From assembly GCA_016197205.1 (NCBI GenBank), contig JACPWG010000096.1, forward strand, positions 29,902-93,901: a DNA stretch of 64,000 bases. The letters run 5' to 3'. This document shows positions 56,938 through 64,000 of this stretch, one piece after another; position 1 is the first letter of the stretch, and every line of letters begins with the position of its first letter. Position numbers and translations under genes: made by a program. Source of the DNA: Planctomycetota bacterium. GTDB lineage: Bacteria > Planctomycetota > MHYJ01 > WSZJ01 > JACPWG01. The notes under the pieces are model-generated. The model was not told the origin of the DNA. It ran no database searches and worked only from the letters and a program-made list of their open reading frames with translations.

Positions 56938-57759
56938 ATGTCCGAAACACCCGAGGCCGCTGCGCGCGAGAAGATCGATCGCCTTCTCAACCAGTGCGGG
57001 TGGGACGTCCAGTCCCACGCGCAGATGAACATTACCGCGTGCCCCGGCGTCGCGGTCCGGGAGTTCCCGCTCAAGACCGGCTTCGCCGACTACCTCCTCT
57101 ACGCCGACGCCAAGGCCATCGGCATCGTCGAGGCGAAGCCCGAGGGCCACACCCTCACGGGCGTCGAGGTCCAGTCGGCCAAGTACACCTCGGCTCTCCC
57201 GGCCGGCGTTCCCCGCTACCACCTGCCGCTGCCGTTCGCCTACGAGTCCACGGGCGCCGAGACGCAATTCACGAACAACCTCGACCCCAGCCCTCGCAGC
57301 CGGGAGGTCTTCGCCTTTCACCGGCCCGAGGAATTGATTCGACTTGCCAAGCTCGACTCGCAGGTCCGGGCAAACCTCGGCAAGCTGCCGGTGCTGGACG
57401 CCGGCCGGCTCTGGCCCGTCCAGAGCATGGCCATCAACACTGCGGAGAGGGCCCTTCGGGGAATCGCAGTGGGACGAAAGAACTGGCTTTTCGCAGGCAG
57501 CGACGCGGGCGGCGCACATGCCGCGGTGTTCTACACCTTGATCGAGAGCTGCAAGGCCGTGGGCGCGGAGCCCTTCGCCTACCTGCGCGACATTTTTGCG
57601 CGCATCGCGGCCTATCCCGCGCGGCGCATCGCCGACCTGATGCCAGTAAACTGGGCGGCAGCCCGACGCGCTGCGACAGTGGCGCCCCCGGCTGCTGTCG
57701 CCCCCCTCCTCGGTGGCCTCGTGCTGCCCTCCGGAGAGGCCGCGGTCGCGCAATCGTAG
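56938..57759 (+). pseudogene. Mosaic remnant. The N-terminal about 150 aa are the N-terminal domain of a type I restriction enzyme R subunit (HsdR_N). The C-terminal about 95 aa are the C-terminal fragment of an IS66-family transposase.
   Basis: KIDRLLNQCGWDV...FPLKTGFADYLLY..IGIVEAK is HsdR_N. ...GRKNWLFAGSDAGGAHAAVFYTLIESCKAVGAEPFAYLRDIFARIAAYPARRIADLMPVNW is the IS66 TnpC C-terminus. The junction is near 57400-57475. Confidence 0.65.
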
Positions 57760-58308
57760 CCTCCGCCGCGACGTGACCGCTCGCGTCGCCGGGCAGCGCG
57801 CGTGACGAAGCCTCCCCCACGCCCGCCCACAGGCTGCCGTCCGAGGCCGCCCCGCGCAATTCGCGCGCAGCTCTGCCTCCCAATCACCCTCCAGTGCCAG
57901 CATCGCGAGCAGCCTCTCCTACTGCCATCCGCGGCCCGCCCTCCGCCTCGTCGCTTCGCTCAGGCCGGCGCACGCACGGAGAGTGCACGCCTCTGCCTGA
58001 CTCACGGCGTCTCGTGGGCAGTCAGGGGACCATCGTTTCGGAACTGAGGGACTCGCTGCGCGCGGGCAAGCGGCGGCGGGCAACGATGAAGGCACGAAAG
58101 GGGGTGCACACGACTCGCTGTGTGGTCGGCGACTCGGGGAGGTCACCGAAGAAACGGACGAGTCCCGGTCCTGTCGTCACGCAACGGCCAGCGGGCATCG
58201 TGGACGGAGCAGGGAGGCGATCCGGCGGCGACTAGCAACTTGTGCGCCGAAGCACGGTGCCCAGGAGGATGCAGTTCGCCAGACGCTTACGAAACCGGGA
58301 CGGACCAC

Positions 58309-58773
58309 ATGGAGATTCTTCCCAAGGGTGCGGAACAGCCGCCTGCATTTTCATTGCTGAGGGTCGAGATCGGTTGGAAAAAAGTCACACGCAACCAGGC
58401 CCTCCACCAGTATTCCCTCGCAATCACTGTCTGCCTTGAAAGACCTCCTCGAATTGACGGATTCAGGTTATCGCTCAAGTGGCCCGTCCGGGTCCGAATT
58501 CGCGAGTTGGTCGGGTTCGTCGATGACGGCCAGGTCCAGATCGGGGAACATACCTACCGGCGGCTGCGCTACGATAGTACAGAGCAGCTTTGGCCCGGAT
58601 GCCCTGCGGAGATTACTGGGGTAGGGCGTCAGTCCAAACTGATCTACGAGTACGACCACGACATCTGGCGCTGCTTGGAGAGGCGGCCCTGCGACTTGCT
58701 CTACTCATTGAACCTGCCGACGGCGCTGCCCGTTGAAGGCAAGAAGCCCATGCACGAGTTGAACTACTTCTGA
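58309..58773 (+). CDS. Hypothetical protein of 154 aa in a locally lower-GC patch, with no recognisable domain.
   Basis: ATG start. GC is about 55% against about 70% background. It sits next to a toxin-antitoxin pair. Confidence 0.4.
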   Translation: MEILPKGAEQPPAFSLLRVEIGWKKVTRNQALHQYSLAITVCLERPPRIDGFRLSLKWPVRVRIRELVGFVDDGQVQIGEHTYRRLRYDSTEQLWPGCPAEITGVGRQSKLIYEYDHDIWRCLERRPCDLLYSLNLPTALPVEGKKPMHELNYF

Positions 58774-59012
58774 GTGGAGCTGGGCAGGACAGCCTCGACC
58801 GAGACCCGGGGGCGCGCCCGCGGCCGGTGAGCTTCTCTCGCCCCACGCGGAGGTTTCCAATCCAAGCTCGGCACTCTTGGAGCAGATCCGGCGCGACCGC
58901 GGTCCACCTTCTCCGCCCCGACAGCAGCCTACAGCGGCAGATCCGCCCCGCCGTCCCGCCATTCCTCCGCCTCGGTAGCCGACCGCACGAGTAGGAGGTC
59001 CTCGACGACCTC

Positions 59013-59288
59013 CTACACCGGTGTCCGCGGGTCGACCCACAGGATTCCCCACGTGTGACCGCCGCGGCGAAAGTGAACGGCGAGGTGCCGCGCCATGCTC
59101 CGGCGATCCAGCGTGATCAGCAGCCTACCTGACCGATCGAGGTAGTCCAGCAGTTCCGGATCCTTGGTGCCGAGCGGCGGCGCTCCAGGATCCCCAACGC
59201 GCAGGAGGGAGACTGCGGGTTCTCTCCGCAGCAGGGCGCGAAACAGGTGGCTCGGCAGGTTCTCATCCACAAGAAAGCGGACTCTCAT
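59013..59288 (-). CDS. DUF5615 (PIN-like) putative toxin.
   Basis: MRVRFLVDENLPSHL... The ATGA overlap links it to the upstream DUF433 gene. Confidence 0.55.
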   Translation of the reverse strand: MRVRFLVDENLPSHLFRALLRREPAVSLLRVGDPGAPPLGTKDPELLDYLDRSGRLLITLDRRSMARHLAVHFRRGGHTWGILWVDPRTPV

Positions 59289-59617
59289 CGGCCCTCGACT
59301 GGGTGTTGACGGGAGCATGCCCGCGCCTGTCGAAGGCGCTGGATCAGCGGCAACGAGAGCATGGCACGCACTCGCCTCGACCGCGTCCGATCCCGTTCAA
59401 CCCGCGCGATGTATGCGTCCATGCGAGGGCGACTCGCGAGGTAGTAGGCGATTACGCCATAGGCCTGATCGAGCGAGAGCGTCGGGTACCTGGACACGAT
59501 TTCTTCCGGAGCGAGTCCCCCTTGAAACGAGTACACGACGCACTCGACCGGCAGTCTCGTGCCGCGCACCAACAGCTCGTCGGGGCCCCGCCGGTCCAGG
59601 AACTCCGCCATCCGCAT
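59285..59617 (-). CDS. DUF433 putative antitoxin.
   Basis: ..LVRGTRLPVECVVYSFQGGLAPEEIVSRYPTLSLDQAYGVIAYYL. Confidence 0.55.
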   Translation of the reverse strand: MRMAEFLDRRGPDELLVRGTRLPVECVVYSFQGGLAPEEIVSRYPTLSLDQAYGVIAYYLASRPRMDAYIARVERDRTRSRRVRAMLSLPLIQRLRQARACSRQHPVEGR

Positions 59618-59839
59618 GGCTTCTTCCCCCACAAGAACATGGCTCCAGCACGCAAAAGCACACAATAGCAGGGCCTTCCCGCGAACGCAAGAGCGCAGCC
59701 GCCGGGCCGGTCCCCGTATCACCTCGATCATGCCTCTAGGAGCGAAGAGTCGATCGCACGCGCTTCGGCAGGAACTTGGGAAAGAGGCCGGTCAGCATCG
59801 CCGCGGCGGAGGGCTCCTCCAGAAAGAACACCATCTCGC

Positions 59840-60330
59840 TCATCGCGGGTCGGCCCCGGCGAAACTACCCTGCTTCCACGGATAGTCCATCTGGTCGCCG
59901 TCGGCCATGTAGGCATTGATCTGCTTGTCCTCCGAGGCACGACGGATCGTCGCGTAGCCCCCCTCCTTCACCAGCCAGAACACCTGCTCCAGCTCCGCCG
60001 CGTCAAGGAAGTCGGGCGAGTGGGTCGAGATGAAATCCTGCCCGCCACGAGCGGCATACTCCCGGAACTCCTCGGCCAGCTCCCAGAGCAACTTGGGATA
60101 GAGCTGGTTTTCCGGCTCCGGACCTCGTGGAAGCCGCGGCTGCCGCCCAGCTTGCTCAAGGCGACGTGCACATTCTCGGCCAGGGCGTCCTTCAGGAACC
60201 CGAAGACGCTGAAGAGCGTCGACTTGCCGGTCCCGTTTGCGCCGACGATGACCCACATCCTCGGCAGGTCGCGCATCTCCGCGTCCATGAACGCGCGGAA
60301 ATTCTTGAGGCGGATGGCCTCGATGTTCAT
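59840..60330 (-). pseudogene. Frameshifted, internally deleted AAA/ABC-type ATPase. A Walker-A N-terminal piece and an H-loop C-terminal piece lie in different frames.
   Basis: MNIEAIRLKNFRAF..VIVGANGTGKSTLF (ORF 59968..60390) and ..DFISTHSPDFLDAAELEQVFWL (ORF 59840..60256) overlap out of frame. Their combined length is too short for an intact ATPase. Confidence 0.55.
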
Positions 60331-60380
60331 GGCAAACGCTCCGGTCTCATCCAACCTGGCGTGGCGTGCGCATGCGTATT

Positions 60381-62045
60381 CTACCCGCAAGTCCGCAGAA
60401 GCGCACGTGACGACTCAGTTCCTGCCCGCGAGGACTCGCCGCCGGCGCTTCGGAATAGCACGGGGCCGAGCGTGGCCGAATCCAGGTAAATGGGCTGGGC
60501 GATGCCCGAGCGGGTTGCCGCCCGCGAACTTGCGGGCTTTCGACAACGCGTTCTATGCCGCCTTCGCTGCCTTCGGCGCCTTCCTCGGCCAGAGCGCGCA
60601 CGCGAGGCCCACGGCGAGGTAGCAGCCGCAGGTGATGGCCCACGCGCTGGGCGCGAGCGCGCCCGCCGCGGCACGCAGCCCCTGCAACTCGCGGTTGGCG
60701 GCGCCGTGCGTTGCCGCGCCGCCAGCGGCCCGCCGCCGCCCGGAGTTTCGAGGCGCGTGAGCGCGACGCGGTTGCCCAAGAGGCCGAGCCCGACCGTCGT
60801 CGCCACCAGCGTGGCGCATACCGGAAACGCGTCCGCGCCGAACATCGGCCGGAGGAGCGGGTAGAGCGAGGCCGCCAGGAGGCCGAGGTAGAAGGGCGCG
60901 CTCGAGATGCGCCCGCGGAAAAGGCCGCTCAACGAGAGGCCGTTTCGCCGGACCTCGCCGCCGTAGCCGGCCTTTTCCGCGCGCGTCGGCTCCGCGGCCG
61001 AATGCGTCGGGGCCAGGAGCAGCAAGAAAAGCAGGGTCAGGACGATCACCGAGATGAACGGACCCGCCGTGCCGGGCGGCTGCCCGCCGAGCAGGAGCGC
61101 GGCGACCCCGATCACGGTGACGGCCAGGAGCGTCCTTCCCGCGATGGAACGGTCCCTTTCCCGCCCGCGGAGCTGCGCGATGCCGAAGGCCGTGAACGTC
61201 CCGGCCAGCAGCAAGTTGACGGCGATGGTGAGGAGGCCGATCGGGATCGGGACGCCGAAAACCTCCAGGTCCCCCCAATAGCTGAGCGCCACCATGGGGG
61301 ACAGGGCCCCGAGCAGGCCGATCGCCGCGATGACTTGCTCCGCCTCTCCCATCGGCGATGCCGTGCGGGTCGCCGAGGCGGCGATGCCGAGCGCGAGTGG
61401 AATGATGACCGCGTAGGTCGGGATCAAGACGAAAAAGCAGACCACCGCGCCCATCGCCTTTTGCAGCGCGACCTGCACGCGGCTGGCCAAGTGCTTCACC
61501 GCGCCCATCGCGATCGAGGGCGTGCGGTGCGGCTGCGCCGAGATCAGGAGGCAGAGCGCAGCGAGAGCGAGGTCGTTCGCCGCGAGGAGGACGAAGTACG
61601 CCGGGACGACGTAGTACGGGAACCCGCCCGACAGGTACAGGACCGACATCGCGGGTACGAGGAGCGCCTGGAACGAGAGCGCGGTCCAGGTCGCGAAGAA
61701 CAATTTGCCGCGGAACAGCCGCTCCGGAGAGAGAGGGCTCGCCTGGAGGACCTCGTAAGTATTCTTCTCGCGCTCCACGACGATCCCGCCGGCCGCGATC
61801 GGCACGAGCACCATCGCCAGCAGATTCTGGATCAACCCGTAGGCCATGAGCGCGAGCCGCCCCGCGTTCGTGAGCGCCCCCGGGCTCGCCGTCTGCGCCG
61901 CCAGGAGGACCAGCGCCGGCAGCGACAGCATCGCGGCCAGCCACCAGGCACGCCCGCGAACCCGGCGCTCCCGCACCGTGACCCGCAGCTCCCGCAGGAA
62001 CAGCGGATTCCAGTCCCATGTCAGAAATCGTGTCACGAGGAACAC
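60381..62045 (-). CDS. ABC-2-type transporter permease with multiple transmembrane segments. Its 3' end appears replaced or extended by a 170-bp repeat copy.
   Basis: GTG at 62045 gives MFLVTRFLTWDWNPLFLRELR. About 10 transmembrane segments follow. Sequence downstream of about 60720 (inside repeat 60541..60720) becomes Arg-rich and non-protein-like, yet the frame stays open to 60381. Confidence 0.55.
   Translation of the reverse strand: MFLVTRFLTWDWNPLFLRELRVTVRERRVRGRAWWLAAMLSLPALVLLAAQTASPGALTNAGRLALMAYGLIQNLLAMVLVPIAAGGIVVEREKNTYEVLQASPLSPERLFRGKLFFATWTALSFQALLVPAMSVLYLSGGFPYYVVPAYFVLLAANDLALAALCLLISAQPHRTPSIAMGAVKHLASRVQVALQKAMGAVVCFFVLIPTYAVIIPLALGIAASATRTASPMGEAEQVIAAIGLLGALSPMVALSYWGDLEVFGVPIPIGLLTIAVNLLLAGTFTAFGIAQLRGRERDRSIAGRTLLAVTVIGVAALLLGGQPPGTAGPFISVIVLTLLFLLLLAPTHSAAEPTRAEKAGYGGEVRRNGLSLSGLFRGRISSAPFYLGLLAASLYPLLRPMFGADAFPVCATLVATTVGLGLLGNRVALTRLETPGGGGPLAARQRTAPPTASCRGCVPRRARSRPARGPSPAAATSPWASRARSGRGRRRRQRRRHRTRCRKPASSRAATRSGIAQPIYLDSATLGPVLFRSAGGESSRAGTESSRALLRTCG
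60541..60720. repeat. A roughly 175-bp direct repeat, copy 2, overlapping the 3' end of the ABC-2 permease ORF.
   Basis: See copy 1. Confidence 0.6.
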
Positions 62046-62051
62046 CCCTGA

Positions 62052-62178
62052 GGATTGCTGGTTGAGGATTGACGATTGCTGATTGACGATTGACGATTGA
62101 CGAGCGACGAGCGACGAGCGACGAGCGACCAGCGACCAGCGACCAACGACCAGCGACCAGCGACCAGCGACCAGCGGG
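62052..62178. repeat. Heptanucleotide microsatellite of about 18 units, grading (GATTGMY)n to (GAGCGAC)4 to (CAGCGAC)8. It ends 7 nt upstream of the ABC-2 permease start codon.
   Basis: Direct reading of 62052-62178. Confidence 0.7.
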
Positions 62179-62292
62179 GCCCGCGTGCGGACCCGTTCGC
62201 GCCATACGCCGACTACCCCGGGCCCGAGGTTCTCCAGCGGTCGAAATCAGCAATCAGCAATCGGCATTCTGCAATCGAAAAGTCTCAAATCC

Positions 62293-62425
62293 AAATCCCA
62301 ACTCGGGCGAAGGCCCGAAACCCAAACGGACGACGAAACCACCAAGCCACCAAGACACGAAGACCACGAAGGACCGTCACTGAGGGGGGCGAGTTTGGCT
62401 CGGCCGAAAAGCGCCTTTGTGGTCT
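62293..62425. repeat. A 133-bp structured dispersed repeat, copy 2.
   Basis: See copy 1. Confidence 0.55.
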
Positions 62426-63345
62426 TAGTGACTTCGAGTCTTTGTGGTTTCGTCGCCTGCGAATCTGGACACGCTTTCAAGAAGTTCACCGGTAGGGGTC
62501 CAAGACGACACGACCCGTCGGTGAAGCTCCGGGATCGCTTCGCGCGGGCCGGCGAACTGGAACCGGAGCAGGTTGCCCTCCACTACCGGCTCCACGACGC
62601 CGGGGCAGCCCTCCAGGGCCGCACGCGCGGGCGCGGCGTCGCCGAGCAGTCGAATGCGCACCTCGGGGCGCGGCGCCAGCGCGGCGCGAATCGAGTCGAT
62701 CGTGCCGATCGCGCGCACCTGACCCTTCTCCAGGATCGCCACGCGGTGGCAGACCTCCGCCAGCTCGCCCAGAATGTGGGAGGACCAGAGGATGGTCTTG
62801 CCGCGACGCGACAGCTCCCGCAGGATCTCCTGGAACTCCACCCGCGCCCGCGGGTCCAGCGCCGACGTCGGCTCGTCCAAGAGCAGCACCCGCGGTTCGT
62901 GGAGGAGCGTCTTCGCCAGGAAGAGCCGCTGCCGCATCCCGCGCGAGAGCGTCTCGATCCCCGACTCCCGGCGGTCGACCAGGTCGGTCAGCTCCAGCAC
63001 GTCGGCGATCGCGCGGTCGCGCGTCCCCGCCGGGAGGTCGTAGACCCGGGCGAACGTGTCGAGGTATTCCCACACGAGGAGGTCCTCGTACATGCCGTAC
63101 GTCTCCGGCATGTACCCGATCCAGCGGCGCACCGCTTCCGCGTCGCGCACGGCATTCGTCCCGCCGATCCGGATTTCCCCTTCATCGGCCTCCTCGACCG
63201 TCGCGAGGATGCGGAGCGTGGTCGTCTTCCCCGCGCCGTTCGGTCCGATGTAGCCGAAAATCTCGCCCTGCCCGATCGACAGCGTGACGCCGTCGAGCGC
63301 CACCGCCTCGCCGAACCGCTTGCGCACGCCGCGCAGCTCGATCAC
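62425..63345 (-). CDS. ABC transporter ATP-binding protein.
   Basis: The RBS GAAGGAGGG lies before a GTG start at 63345. Walker A is GPNGAGKTT. The signature is LSRGMRQRL. Walker B is LLLDEPTSALD. Confidence 0.8.
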   Translation of the reverse strand: MIELRGVRKRFGEAVALDGVTLSIGQGEIFGYIGPNGAGKTTTLRILATVEEADEGEIRIGGTNAVRDAEAVRRWIGYMPETYGMYEDLLVWEYLDTFARVYDLPAGTRDRAIADVLELTDLVDRRESGIETLSRGMRQRLFLAKTLLHEPRVLLLDEPTSALDPRARVEFQEILRELSRRGKTILWSSHILGELAEVCHRVAILEKGQVRAIGTIDSIRAALAPRPEVRIRLLGDAAPARAALEGCPGVVEPVVEGNLLRFQFAGPREAIPELHRRVVSSWTPTGELLESVSRFAGDETTKTRSH

Positions 63346-64000
63346 TTGGCCCCCTCCTTCTTTCGGAGGTCGCGGCCCGGCAGCGGGACGACGAGCGCCG
63401 TGGTGCGGCGCTCCAGCCTGCCGGCAATGGCCTGCCAGGGGGACGGGAGGTCCACGAATGCGACGAGCACGAGGTCCCCCTTCGGCTTTGTCTCCGGCGC
63501 CGCGTCCGCGCCCGGCGGCGACGGCCAGTCCCAACTCGAGCGAACGATCTGGGCCAGGCCGAAATGGAGGGCGTTGCCGCGGACCATCTGCGTGACGCCG
63601 ACGCGCTCCATCGCGGCTCGGAGCCCCTTCGGAGCGCGGACCGTCCCGCCGATCGGCACGTCCCCGAGCGGCTCCTCGCCTCTGCGAGAAAGCAGCCATG
63701 CGTCCCGCCACGGCCAGGGCGTTCGGTTCACGAGCCCGCCGAGCCCGCCCTCGTCTCCGAGCTCCAGGTCCGACTGGATGCCGTCCCCCAGGTCGATGCC
63801 GGCGAGGGTGTGGAAGACGCGGGAGGAGTTGGGCCGGAACTCGAGGTCCTGTAACCGGCAGGCTTGCTCTCCTTCCCTCCACGTGAACCGCGCCTCGCGG
63901 CGAAGGCCCAGGAGCGGGCGCAGCTCCTCGAGGCAGAGGGAAGGGCGGCCGGGGGCGGTTTCCTCGTGCAAGCCGGGCGAGGCGTGCCAGAAGGAGTCGA
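63342..64000 (-). CDS. 3' part of a CDS that extends beyond the window end, overlapping the ABC ATPase start by 4 nt (GTGA). Product unknown.
   Basis: Open frame to the window edge. The overlap suggests operon coupling. Confidence 0.35.
   Translation of the reverse strand, partial: DSFWHASPGLHEETAPGRPSLCLEELRPLLGLRREARFTWREGEQACRLQDLEFRPNSSRVFHTLAGIDLGDGIQSDLELGDEGGLGGLVNRTPWPWRDAWLLSRRGEEPLGDVPIGGTVRAPKGLRAAMERVGVTQMVRGNALHFGLAQIVRSSWDWPSPPGADAAPETKPKGDLVLVAFVDLPSPWQAIAGRLERRTTALVVPLPGRDLRKKEGAK

Noticed and set aside
56650-57903. A 417-aa minus-strand ORF.
   Set aside because: It lies antisense to the hsdR-N/IS66-C remnant. Its only protein-like stretch is the last about 30 aa inside the 175-bp repeat. 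The rest is low-complexity sequence.
1-64000. tRNA, rRNA and riboswitch scan by eye.
   Set aside because: No cloverleaf-compatible T-loop (GTTCRANYC) or anticodon-arm patterns, no rRNA-like conserved blocks and no recognisable riboswitch cores were found. RNA genes are probably absent from this window, but this cannot be confirmed without covariance-model searches.

Overview
This is a 64-kb window of a very high-GC (about 70%) bacterial chromosome, densely coding on both strands. The six-frame track is full of long spurious antisense ORFs, as expected at this GC content, so I chose genes by motifs, signal peptides, start-codon and RBS context and operon overlaps. Core content includes a membrane H+-pyrophosphatase, a GH15-like lipoprotein, an OMF-MFP-RND efflux operon, a PiT phosphate transporter with its DUF47 partner, a BFD-like ferredoxin, an M20 peptidase, an O-methyltransferase, a Tat-exported DUF362 protein, a YyaL/DUF255 thioredoxin-domain protein and a CPBP protease. 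There is a large signalling complement: two histidine kinases, two response regulators, a Ser/Thr kinase with TPR repeats, and a roughly 1500-aa degenerate-GGDEF / STAND-ATPase / HEAT protein. Accessory and mobile content is interleaved. (1) A roughly 2-kb lower-GC islet sits in the 3' end of the RND gene, flanked by a 172-bp direct duplication of that gene's 3' end. It carries HicB/HicA and an HTH plus PD-(D/E)xK-like nuclease ORF that is interrupted by a single in-frame amber codon. (2) A bacterial NACHT-HEAT NTPase lies convergent to a Septu-like pair (AAA_21 ATPase overlapping an HNH nuclease). The three genes are bracketed by inverted copies of a 21-bp perfect palindrome that also marks the islet boundary. 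(3) A 3.2-kb cassette (outer-membrane beta-barrel plus secreted repeat protein) is bounded by 29-bp terminal inverted repeats that also delimit a solo 220-bp MITE elsewhere in the window. (4) A decayed region between 170-bp direct repeats holds an hsdR-N::IS66-C mosaic pseudogene, a DUF433/DUF5615 toxin-antitoxin pair, a low-GC orphan gene and a frameshifted ATPase. Single-gene oddities are a voltage-sensor-domain / CorA fusion, a His/Cys-rich tandem-repeat lipoprotein, an orphan Flp pilin with a sigma-54-like promoter, a tandem palindromic repeat-spacer array and an 18-unit heptanucleotide microsatellite directly upstream of an ABC-2 permease start. No tRNA, rRNA or cas genes were recognised. 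Hand-derived non-CDS coordinates may be off by 1-3 nt.
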